This document shows, in pieces, positions 14,271-25,350 of a stretch of 64,000 nt of DNA. The position numbers and the translations under genes were made by a program. The notes beneath the pieces were generated by a model that was given only the letters and a program-made list of their open reading frames with translations, was not told where the DNA came from and searched no databases. Every line of letters starts with the position of its first letter. Within the stretch, counting starts at the first letter, position 1. Location of the stretch: the NCBI GenBank assembly GCA_951406725.2, contig OX597834.1, positions 6,944,001 through 7,008,000 on the forward strand, read 5' to 3'. Origin of the DNA: Octopus vulgaris (Eukaryota).

Positions 14271-14489
14271 ATACATCTATAATGGTAAATGTTTTTGATT
14301 TTCATTCCTTTGATGAATTTATCCCTCTTTGTGTCTCTAGCACTAAGCTTCCTTATTTGAGAGCCTTTCTTATATTTATATATGAATAACGTATAGTCTA
14401 ATGACTAATTCGTCTTTTGTGCTAGGTCACTGGTAATAATAACTTATGTCATTACCCTTTTTAATTATGTTTATATATATATATATACA

Positions 14490-14800
14490 TGCCACCGACT
14501 TGGAAGCCAGTCAAGGCAGCGCAAGCATTGGCCATGTTGACTGGCTTCCATGCCAGTGGCACGTAAAATGCACCATCTGATCGTGGCCAATGCCAGCTCC
14601 TCTGGCTCCTTGTGTCAGTGGCACATAAAAAGCACCCACTACACTCACGGAGTGGTTGGTGCTAGGAAGGGCATCCAGCTATAGAAACACTGCCAGGACA
14701 GATTGGGTCCTGGTGCAGCCTCCTGGCTTCCCAGACGCCTGTCGAACCGTCCAACCCATGCCAGCATGGAAAATGGACGTTAACTGATGATGATGATGAT
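14490..14800 (+). mobile_element. RTE-type LINE 3' UTR fragment
   Basis: GTGGCACGTAAAA repeats plus CCAACCCATGCCAGCATGGAAA(ATG)n tail. Confidence 0.75.
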
Positions 14801-14847
<47 letters not shown>

Positions 14848-14857
14848 ACATACATAC

Positions 14858-14902
<45 letters not shown>

Positions 14903-15068
14903 ATAAATATTAGCAATAAATCAAATTTACGGGACAGATTTAGGATTAAATCCAATTTTATAGTAAAATATTATAAAATATTATTAGAGACAAAACCACT
15001 ATTTTGCAAAACAAACAAGGAAAGACTTAATCAATACATAAAATTTTAATAAATAGTCAAAAAAACCG

Positions 15069-15111
15069 CCACTACAATTGTTTCTTGTCTTGATCGACAA
15101 TCTTCAGGTGG
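15069..15111 (-). ncRNA. Minimal type I hammerhead ribozyme motif within a short element (about 14900-15135)
   Basis: CCAC-CUGAAGA-UUGUC(gaucaa)GACAA-GAAA-CAAUUG-UA-GUGG. Confidence 0.85.
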
Positions 15112-15135
15112 ACTTCCAATAAGTCAGTTTGAAAT

Positions 15136-15351
15136 TATAGATATAGGTGAGTGTATATATAGAGGTATATGCATGCACACATATATGCATACGCACACAA
15201 ACACACGCATGTATTTATTCATGTGTACATGTTCGCATGTAGATGTACACTCACAAAAATGTACATACACACACTCACATACAAACACACACATTCACAA
15301 ACACACATATATGTGTGTGTGTGCAAGCGTGTGTAGGTGTGTAGTCCTTAT
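15136..15351. repeat. 216-bp inverted duplication of 15621-15836
   Basis: Reverse-complement match; identical peptides appear in ORF track entries 15173+ and 15548-. Confidence 0.95.
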
Positions 15352-15412
15352 TTTATGTATTGATTAAGTCTTTCCTTGTTTGTTTTGCAAAATAGTGGTT
15401 TTGTCTCTAATA

Positions 15413-15458
<46 letters not shown>

Positions 15459-16337
15459 ATATGTGTGTATATATATATACACATACATATATTTAATATG
15501 TATATACATACATGCATGCATGTATGTAGACACATATGCATATGGACTCACATATCAATATGTAGTATATAACAACATAACATAAGCACATTCAGCTTCA
15601 AAATACTGACATGTATAGGTATAAGGACTACACACCTACACACGCTTGCACACACACACATATATGTGTGTTTGTGAATGTGTGTGTTTGTATGTGAGTG
15701 TGTGTATGTACATTTTTGTGAGTGTACATCTACATGCGAACATGTACACATGAATAAATACATGCGTGTGTTTGTGTGCGTATGCATATATGTGTGCATG
15801 CATATACCTCTATATATACACTCACCTATATCTATATTTACTCAGAAATGTTCTAGAATATACATACACACACACAAACGATGATGATGATGATGATGAT
15901 GATGTGTGGAAATATTCATATATGGTGTATATATATTTGAAAATACCAAATAAATATAAATATTGAGCATGGCTGATGTAATATATAAAATGAATTAAGT
16001 TGAATTAATTTAAAATATTGAAAATACTATTAAAATATATGAATAATATTTTTTTTAAATATTACATACATGAATTTTTTGTGGCCCAACTCTAAAGTAC
16101 ATCTCACTACTTCTCAGTGTGAGATGTACTTTACTGTGGTGTAATGTATAATGTACTTGTGTCCTGGTGTATATAGATATATACATGCACAAGCATTTTC
16201 ATGTATGTGTGTATGTTTGTACATATATAGATATATACACGTATACTGTGTGTTTGTTTGTATGTGTGAATACATGGATATTACATTTATACCTGTTCAT
16301 ATTTTTAAGATGAGTATACTTATATATGTATCCCAAC

Positions 16338-16388
<51 letters not shown>

Positions 16389-16522
16389 TGTGTGTAAATA
16401 AAAAGCAAATGATGGATAGGTTGTTATTTATTTATTTATTTATTGACAATTAACCTCTCTCGGAGCCTTCACCTCTTGTGTTCCAAAGTATATTATGGAC
16501 CGTATATATTTAATATAACACG

Positions 16523-16887
16523 AAGTTTTCTCAGTGAACAGGTCGCGGCCTCAAAGTGACAAAAATATTTTGACAAATTAAATTTAAATGTTGAAATGAA
16601 TCTAACATTTTTTGTGTGTTTCTTAAATGGCTTATAAACACTTTCCACGCTGCAGTTGTTTTCGTTCCAGCACACGATCTCAGATCAGGTCACTTGCTAT
16701 GCAAGTTTTTCTCAGGGAACAGGTCGCGGCCTCAAAGTGACAAAAATATTTTGACAAATTAAATCTAAATGTTGAAATGAATCTAACAGTTTTTGTGTGT
16801 TTCTTAAATGGCTTATAAACACTTTCCACACTGCAATTGTTTTCGTTCCAGCACACGATCTCAGATCAGGTCACTTGCTATGCAAGT
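16523..16887. repeat. Tandem duplication, ~181-bp unit x2
   Basis: GAACAGGTCGCGGCCTCAAAGTGAC..CAGATCAGGTCACTTGCTATGCAAG twice. Confidence 0.9.
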
Positions 16888-16923
16888 ACATCTCCGTAAT
16901 ATTTAATATAATGTGCGCTTCTA

Positions 16924-17030
16924 AAATTCAGGGCCAAACCTATCATCAGATAGGCTCTATTCTTCCTGTCAACAATGTTGATCACCGGTTCCTTCAAATT
17001 TACTTCATTGGAGATACCACTGAGCAAACT
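16924..17030 (+). pseudogene. Helitron RepHel N-terminal fragment
   Basis: KIQGQTYHQIGSILP..HRFLQIYFIGD..EQ matches the Helitron F(K/R)IQGQ.YH.IGSLLP..FLQIYF motif. Confidence 0.7.
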
Positions 17031-17375
17031 GTGTCTTGTATCTGAACAGGTTAGAGACTTATATTTATTACAGCATTAAATTACAGAATATAATCACACC
17101 TGAACATATACAAGATACGTACATCTACATAAATACATACACAGTGTGACATTCAGGTTTATGTACGAGGGTGGGCTGAGAAGTTTGTTGGTTGACTTTG
17201 AAGGAGTGATGCTAGAAATGTGAAATCTTGCATGAATCAATTTTAAATCTCATTAATAACTGCATTGGTTCTTTCTAGGTAAACAAGCATGACTGTTCAA
17301 AGAAGAGTTCAAATGTATTTAGTAGTGACTTCTGTTTGAAATAGACAAAAGTTGGCATCATGGTGTTATCAAGTA

Positions 17376-18501
17376 TGTAGTGACGTCATATTCCAGTGTG
17401 CGCACACGCAACGTCATTCTTCAGTGTGCGTGTGCAGAACGTCCTTCTTCAGTGTGCGTGTGCGGGGTTGGAACCTTCTGGAACCTTCTGGAAAGACATA
17501 AGGAAGTTCCCTCATGCACATGCGCTAGAGACTGAAGAATAAATTCTATAGCGTTCCTTAATCACGTCGGGGTCACCACTGTAAAGGGAACTGGTTGCTT
17601 CTTTACACTTTTGGGGTGCAACTTGGGTGCAACATAATTTCCTTTCTTTTTGTTTCTAGAAACTACCAGTCAGGAACGAAACGCAAGTTAAAAATATATA
17701 CAATTCTTTATTCTCTTGGTTCAACAATGAAACACGATGGTATGCTGGTATCCACCTAGTTCAACACAGCAAGGCTGAATTCAAACGTTTGTAAGCTTTA
17801 CAGCAATTCAGCAGCAATAGAACAGGTTAAATCCTAAGCGTCTGGGACAGGAGAATAGGCTGATCACACGTTTAAAAATATACGTCCTTTCTCTCCTATC
17901 GCGGTGCCTCAAGTCCCCGACGCTATTAAGGAACGCTATGGAATTTATTCTTCAGTCTCTAGCGCATGTGCATGAGGGAACTTCCTTATGCCTTTCCAGA
18001 AGGTTCCAGAAGGTTCCAACCCCGCACACGCACACTGAAGTCATTCTTCAGTGTGCGTGTGCGGTACGTCCTTCTTCAGTGTGCGTGTGCGGGGTTGGAA
18101 CCTTCTGGAACCTTCTGGAAAGGCATAAGGAAGTTCCCTCATGCGTTCCTTAATAGCGTCGGGGACTTGAGACACGGCGATAGAAGAGAAAGGACGTATT
18201 TTTAGATGTGTGATCAGCCTATTCTCCTGTCCCAGACGCTTAGGATTTAACCTGTTCTATTGCTGCTGAATTGTTGTAAGAAGCTTACAAACGTTTGAAT
18301 TCAGCCTTGCTGCGTTGAACTAGGTGGATACCAGCATACCATCGTGTTTCGTTGTTGAACCAAGAGAATAAAGAATTGTATATATTTTTAAACTTGCGTT
18401 TCGTTCCTGACTGGTAGTTTCTAGAAACAAAAAAAAAAGGAAATTATGTTGCACCCAAGTTGCACCCCAAAAGTGTAAAGAAGCAACCAGTTCCCCTTAC
18501 A
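17376..18501. mobile_element. Rearranged LTR-retrotransposon LTR (TG..CA, 4-bp TSD AGTA) with internal inverted copy
   Basis: AGTA|TGTAG..TTACA|AGTA; 17580-18040 is the reverse complement of the LTR pieces on either side; AATAAA near 18367. Confidence 0.85.
17561..17578 (-). other. 18-nt primer-binding site complementary to the tRNA-Trp 3' end
   Basis: Minus strand TACA-G-TGGTGACCCCGACGTGAT; plus strand ATCACGTCGGGGTCACCA equals the metazoan tRNA-Trp 3' end with CCA. Confidence 0.85.
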
Positions 18502-18556
18502 AGTACCTTGCAGAAAAACGGTTTAGCCTCCAAGGACATGAATGCGACTCTCTCCC

Positions 18557-19068
18557 TTTACTCTTTTACTATTTTACCTGCTTCGCTCATTTGACTGTGG
18601 CCATGCTGGAGCACCGCCTTTTAGTCAAGAAAATCGACCTCAGGACTTATTCTTTGTAAGCCTAGAACTTATTCTATCGGTCTCTTTTTGCCAAAGCGCT
18701 AAGTTATGGGGGACGTAAACACACCAGCGTCAGTTGTCAAGCAATGTTGGGGGAAAGACACAGACACAAAAGCATATAGACACACATACATACATACATA
18801 CATACATACATACATACATACATACATACATACATACATACATACATACATACATACATACATACATACATACATACATGCATACATATATATATATATA
18901 TACACATATATACGACGGGCTTCTTTCAGTTTCTGTCTACCAAATCCACTCACAAGGCTTTGGTTGACCTGAGGCTTTAGTAGGTGACACACGCCCAAGT
19001 TGCCATACAGTGGGACTGAACCCGGAACTATGTGGTTCGTAAGCAAGCTACTTACCACACAGCCACTC
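18557..19068 (-). mobile_element. SINE family A with expanded internal (CATA)n
   Basis: Family consensus match. Confidence 0.9.
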
Positions 19069-20054
19069 CGACATTCAGGTTTATACATGTACAAATCAAT
19101 AATCAATCCAATGACTGAAATATATGAATGAGTTAAAGTATAACAGAGCAGGAGTTGAGAATTGAATTGACGACATTCACTTCACTAAAGTCATGGAGAG
19201 GAAGGCCTTGAATTGGTGCACATTCTCTCCTGATTATCCCTGGAATCTACTGGCATCTGGAATGGGGAGTTTTTGATGGACTCTTCCTTGTACTAGGAAA
19301 GATGTTTTCAAGTTTCATTCACTCAAGAGAAATTTTTTTCCCTTTACAAATGCAATTCCACTTTTTGCTTCGTGGCATTATCTACATTCGCCATGCTAAA
19401 CTATAATTTCAACATAGTTCAGTATTTGATTATCTCACCCTTTTTAGGAGCAGAAACACACACACACATACACACACACCACACACACACACACACACAC
19501 GCACATACACATAAATCTACCTACCTACCTCCCTACCTACCTACCTACCTATATACTTTATTTAAAAGCAACAGAAATATAAAAGCTGTTACTCAGAGTT
19601 TCATGTTCCCGTTCGTCGGACAGTTTTGTTAAAATAGAACAGAAATAACAATATGATCAAAACTAGTTAAAGGATACACCTTTAAAAATGGATTTCTTTC
19701 GTTGGTCCTTTCAAATAACTGTCTTAAGCATGCAATGAACAAAATAAACAAAATAAATGAATTCAATATAAATTCATCTGATTATAAAAATTGAAGAAAA
19801 CCTTAAATTGAAACATCATAATAGGTCATTACTTTGAAAATACTAAGACATGCGCTTTCTATATGTTATCTAAAAAATCCTGATGTATGCCTACAACCTC
19901 TTTATAATGAATTTAAAATTGGCCTCTTGGTGGGAATCTGTGTGCCTAATGGTTTTATTTAGGCCACCGGTATCTCTCACGTGGTAGATTAATAACAGAT
20001 TTTGCTGAATATTTGTGAGGTGAGAAATTTGTGTTATGTATACCGTTTATATTA

Positions 20055-20235
20055 GTTGGAGTGGTGTAGTCATCTTGATTGCTGATTTCATAACATTTCA
20101 GCTGTTTTATGCTCCTGCCATCTTCAGGTGTTTTGTGTTGAACTCAATTGAACTAAAACACCTGAAGAAGACTGGAGCATACAACAGTCAAAATGCAGTA
20201 AAATCAACAATAAAGATGAAGACACCAATCTGACT
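20055..20235. repeat. Decayed palindrome with ACACCTGAAGA HHR-core remnants on both arms
   Basis: TCTTCAGGTGTTTT / AAAACACCTGAAGA; outer arms imperfectly complementary. Confidence 0.65.
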
Positions 20236-20381
20236 TATATAAACAGTAGACTTTGCTGAAATCTCGAATCCCAGAGCTGTTGAATACCTGATAATAATAG
20301 ACCATCTCCTCTACCATGCAGAGTGTAATTACAATCAATAGCAGTTAATGCTTTTGTTTGTTTGTTTGTTGTTTGTTTGTT

Positions 20382-20746
20382 GAGTGAAGCGGTCTTCATC
20401 CCAGAGTGTAGTGGTAGAAGTCCGAAACGTGGTCCTTTGCTATTCGTAAGACCCACAGAAGAGAAAGCAGGTCAACCCCCGACACCGAGAGCATCGACGG
20501 ATGGATGAATGCACATCCAGGCTCAGCGGTTGCGTAGGAAATCGGGGGACAAGAAACAGGAAGAAGGAGTGAGGGAATGTTGGAGTGAAAGAGTACAACA
20601 GGGGTCGCCAACACCCCCTGCCGGAGCCTTGTGGAGCTTTAGGTGTTCTCGCTCAATAAACACACACAACATCCAGTCTGGGAATCGAAACCTCGATCCT
20701 CCGACCGTGAGTCCACTGCCCTAACCACTGGGCCATTGCGCCTCCA
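20382..20746 (-). mobile_element. SINE family C, tail type 2
   Basis: Same head as 9568; tail shared with 35265-35632. Confidence 0.85.
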
Positions 20747-21425
20747 CTTGCAGTTGATGCTTTGCCAAAATATCACTGAAATCTGTACTGACCAATGAAA
20801 TCCTAAATATTCTCAATTAGAAACCATTTATTTTCAGTTTCTTTTCAAATTCTTTTCTCTTTAACTCTACATCTCACGTAAAATATCTCCACACACAATT
20901 CAGCTTACACATTACTATATCTAAACAAACTTTTTAGCTTTCATTTTAACTAGTCCATTTAACAAGCAGATTAAATACTCTTCTAATTTATTTTCATGCT
21001 TGGTCAATTCAGTTACTCATTTTTTTTTTATAATTGGAAATATATTTTTTTATTAAAAAATTCATTTATAAAGTTTTTCATCAATTCATTAAAATTTTTT
21101 GTTTTTAATCTTTTATGATCTTTTAATAACTAATTTTTATATTATAATATATTTTCTCTTGTCTTTTCATATTTCCTAATGTTTCTTCGCTTGAGTCAAT
21201 TCCTGCATCTTCCTTTAAATATTTTTAATATCTGTAGACTTAGCAGATCTCTTCTGCCAATGTAAAATAAAATCCTTTTATTGGAAACATCATTACGAAT
21301 GTAGATTATTACTTAGTACTGCCTTCTATCTAATTATTCAAGTTTTCTGGGGTTTACCAAGAATAAATCTTTCTCTTACAGATGAATGAGCCTTGAAGGA
21401 AAACTTTAAGTCCAGATCTCTCTCT

Positions 21426-21849
21426 TTCTCTTTTACTCTTTCACTTGTTTCAGTCATTTGACTGCGGCCATACTGGAGCACCGCCTTTAATCGAGCAACT
21501 CGACCCCGGGACTTATTCTTTTGTAAGCCCAGTACTTATTCTATCGGTCTCTTTTGCTGAACCGCTACATAACGGGGACATAAACACACCAGCATCGGTT
21601 GTCAAGCAATGCTAGGGGGACAAACACAGACACAAAAACACACACACACGTATATATGTATATATATATATATATATACATATATACGACGGGCTTCTTT
21701 CAGTTTCCGTCTACCAAATCCACTCACAAGGCTATGGTCGGCCTGAGGGTGTAGTAAAAGACACTTGCCCAAGGTGTCATGCAGTGGGACTGAACCCAGA
21801 ACCATGTGGTTGGTAAGCAAGCTACTTACCACACAGCCACTCCTGCACC
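21426..21849 (-). mobile_element. SINE family A
   Basis: Family consensus match. Confidence 0.9.
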
Positions 21850-22140
21850 AGGATGTTTTTGCAATTTAGCCACTCCAAACAAATTCTGTTAATTTGTTAA
21901 TTCAGTTAATTCTGCCCTTATTATTTAATTATATCTATATATAAATGGATGAATGAATTATCCTTTGTTTACCGTTAACATGGAAAATTCAATAAACAGT
22001 TACCAGGGTAGCAAAATTCACGCAAGTAACATGGATGAAGCGACCTATTCAAAGGTAGAAACTCCAGTTTAATGTGCAGTAATTTGTGTATTATAAGTAA
22101 ATAAATGAAGTTGAACGAAGATGTTATTAAAATTCTTTTA

Positions 22141-22222
22141 CTTTCGACATATGTTTCGAAGACAACATGGTATTATTCCAAAGGAATAAACGGTGTAAAA
22201 TGCAATCTTCTCATCAGGAAAG
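22141..22222 (-). ncRNA. Type I hammerhead motif with long stem II, inside inverted repeat 22093-22157 / 22264-22328
   Basis: CUUUC-CUGAUGA-GAAGAU..GUCUUC-GAAA-CAUAUG-UC-GAAAG. Confidence 0.8.
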
Positions 22223-22323
22223 AAAGAGAGCCTATCTCAACAACAAGACATTGTAACAATTAGGAAACATATGTCGAAAGTAAAAGAATTTTGATAACAT
22301 CTTCGTTCAACTCCATTTATTTA

Positions 22324-22388
<65 letters not shown>

Positions 22389-22544
22389 TAGAGGTTATGA
22401 GAAGTAATGGTGTCAATAAGACCCAAAGGTGTCAGGTAATGATGAGTAAGTGCTATGGACAGGTAATAGTTAAGCTCCAGGTTCGGTGATTATGCAAATG
22501 AGGAGTCCAACGTAGGTCATATATCAGCATGTGTGTATAGAAAA

Positions 22545-22725
22545 AAATTAACAGAATGAGATAAAAATCCAAGGCTGTGAAAGATTTCAGAAGATTTATA
22601 AAGAGAAGGTCTTACAGCTGTTTCCGAGATATTTTATATATCCCAGAAACAGCTGTAAGACCTTCTATTTAGAAATGTTCTGAAATATTTCACAGACTTG
22701 GATTTTTATCTCATTCTGTTAATTT
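22545..22725. repeat. Palindrome containing the HHR 3' half GAAACAGCTGTA on both arms
   Basis: CTTACAGCTGTTTC..GAAACAGCTGTAAG with ~80-bp arms. Confidence 0.85.
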
Positions 22726-22832
22726 GTTAATTCTGTTAATTTAATTCATAAATGGTTGAAATAATTTTTCCAAGAGAAATGAAGGTAAAGAAAGTGAGAT
22801 GGAAAAGGTAACAGAGAAATAAGCATTGTTAT

Positions 22833-22997
22833 ATAAGATGCACCAAGTGTAAACTATGGACACATAAGCGGTGCAGCAACGTCAAGGGAAGGCTAACTAG
22901 GAAAATAGTTTTTGCATGTGGCAGATGCGCAAGAGCAATAAACACTGAAAATGTGCAGAGAACAACTTCCACCACATTCCAGGGAGAAAATCTAGTC
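22833..22997 (+). pseudogene. PHD-like zinc-finger fragment, probably from an RTE-type LINE ORF
   Basis: IRCTKCKLWTHKRCSNVKGRLTRKIVFACGRCARAINTEN. Confidence 0.6.
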
Positions 22998-23592
22998 AGG
23001 TGGCACTGGCATCAACAATATGAGCAAGAATAAGAATGGAGATTATTAGATCTTTATTTGAGGATTATATCATACAAGACTGTAAGAATTATCACTTCCT
23101 TCTCCAAGCCTAGATTCGAAACCGAATCCAAGAATTCTCGGTCGTCGAAACCACGACGATCAACAGACGCGAAAAAAGGTTTTCTTTGTCCTGTCAAAAA
23201 TTGATTGACCATCTCCCTTTGACCTGCGACCTCAGCATGTCAGGTGAAGTTCAACTGGACAGGGACTGACCTATTTAGGTACAAACTCTGTTGCAGTATG
23301 TCTGTCTTTCTAGCTGCCACGTTTTGTTATAAATACGGTAGTGAATCAAGAAAGCCAGGCAGAGATAAACAAGGCAGACAGACGAGAAAGATCTACGACA
23401 CGACAAGTTTGGTAGACCGCAGAGGCCTAGAGAAATGTTTCGAAGTACTGCACACACACACACACACACGCACATACACACACACAAACATATTCATTCT
23501 TGATATGACACCCACGAATGTACTCTGTATTTCTAGCAACTCGCAGCAGTTGCCTACATTTTGTATGTAGTGTACCTATAATGAATCAAACC

Positions 23593-24001
23593 CTCTTTTA
23601 CTCTTTTACTCTTTTACTTGTTTCAGTCATTTGACTGCGGCCATGCTGGAGCACCGCCTTTAATCGAGCAACTCGACCCCGGGACTTATTCTTTTGTAAG
23701 CCCAGTACTTATTCTATCGGTCTATTTAGCTGAACCGCTAAGTAACGGGGACATAAACACACCAGCATCGATTGTCAAGCAATGCTAGGGGGACAAACAC
23801 GGACACACAAACACACACGCACATATACATATATATATATACATATATATGGCGGGCTTCTTTCAGTTTCCGTCTACCAAATCCACTCACAAGGCTTTGG
23901 TTGGCCCGAGGCTATAGTAGAAGACACTCGCCTAAGTTGCCACGCAGTGGGACTGAACCCGGAACCATGTGGTTGGTAGACAAGCTACTTACCACACAGC
24001 C
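23593..24001 (-). mobile_element. SINE family A
   Basis: Family consensus match. Confidence 0.9.
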
Positions 24002-24575
24002 GAATCGGTTTACGTATTTGTTTACATACACACTTAACCACTACAAGACCAACGATTATTTTTGTGTAAGTAGTTAGATATAGTAGATGGCATGTTAATT
24101 TGAATGCCATGGTGCCTAGGGCCAATGTAGTTTTCTATAGCCCTGAGTCAATTCAACCCTTGTAAAATTGGAAAGTCCATCACATGCATGAAACTTGATA
24201 TGCTTCTGGAATGTTTAGTCACTTGCACTTCAGGAATAGTTTCACTGGGTGACCAACTGAAGCATCTTCGCCACTGGTGGAGACCCATCTGTCTACAAAG
24301 AGTGATTGGGAGAGAGGATGATACAGAACCATTAAGGTTCTGTCCTTATTCTCAAACTTGCTTCAAACTAATCCTTTTTACTGGGGAGATGGGGCTAGTT
24401 GGATGCATTGACCCAGGTAAGAATGAAAGGCAAAGATGACCTCAGAGAAATTTGAACTCAGAACACAAAGGCGGATGAAATGCCACTAAGTATTTTGTCG
24501 GGTGTGCTGACAATTCTGACAGGGCACTAATAATACTAATAATAATGGGGTCAAATTTTATAATAATACTAATAA

Positions 24576-24886
24576 TCACCGTGATCACCGTGACCGACCA
24601 GGCTATCAGATGTTGCTACACATCGCTGGTCACAATGCACTTCGCATTGTTTTAGCCTTTAAGTGACGCCACCCCACTAGCTAAGCGAGCAGGCCAACAG
24701 AAGAAAGAGTGAGAGAAAGTAGTGGTGAAAGGGTACAGCAGGGTTCGCCACCAGCCCCTGCCAGAGCCTCGTGGAGCTTTAGGTGTTTTCGCTCAAAAAA
24801 TACTCACAACGCCCGGTCTGGGAATCGAAACCGCGATCCTACGACCGCGAGTCCGCTGCCCTAACCACTGGGCCATTGCGCCTCCA
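24576..24886 (-). mobile_element. SINE family C, tail type 3, inserted in an AATAATACTAATAATA..GGGTTCAAATTTT minisatellite (24527-25035)
   Basis: Same head; distinct tail ending CACGGTGATCACGGTGAT. Confidence 0.85.
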
Positions 24887-25074
24887 CAATACTAATAATA
24901 GTTGGTTCAAATTTTATAATAATACTTGGGGGTTCAAATTTTATAATAATACTAATAATAATGGGTTCAAATTTTATAATAATACTAAGGGGTTCAAATT
25001 TTATAATAATACTAATAATAGTGGGTTCAAATTTTGGTAGAAGGTAAGTTATTCTTGGGAGTGAGCATTAATTG

Positions 25075-25350
25075 CATCATCATCAGCATCATCATTATCA
25101 TCAATTAATGTCCATTGTCCATGCTGGCATGGATTGGACAGTGTAACCAGAGCTGGCAAGATAGGGAGCTGCATCAGGTTCCAGTCTGATTTGGCCTGGT
25201 TTCTACAGCGGGGCTGCCTTTTCTAACACCAACCACTTTACAGAGTTTGTTGAGTGCTTTTACATGGCACCACACAGGCACTTTCATGTGGAACCGCATG
25301 GGTAATTTCATGTGGCACCATACAAGCTCTTTTATGTGGCACTGCCATGA
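25075..25350 (-). mobile_element. RTE-type LINE 3' UTR fragment, diverged
   Basis: (CAT)n plus CCATGCTGGCATGG..TTTCTACAGC. Confidence 0.6.

Larger units (their letters stand above)
13880..14368. repeat. Near-perfect palindrome, ~240-bp arms, 4-nt loop near 14122-14125
   Basis: Arms are reverse complements with few mismatches; flanked by TA-rich tracts. Confidence 0.95.
17166..18548 (+). mobile_element. Mariner 5' remnant (TIR plus transposase N-terminus) split by an LTR insertion
   Basis: TA|CGAGGGTGGGCTGA start; DKSWHHGVIKY|LQK.GLASKD across the insertion. Confidence 0.65.

Noticed and set aside
23110-23290. CpG-richer segment with TGACC(T/A) half-sites
   Set aside because: Short motifs expected by chance; no linked gene or conservation data
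24527-25035. Short repeats with spacers, superficially CRISPR-like (also the GTGGCACGTAAAA repeats in RTE UTRs)
   Set aside because: Eukaryotic minisatellite or LINE UTR repeats; no unique fixed-length spacers and no cas genes
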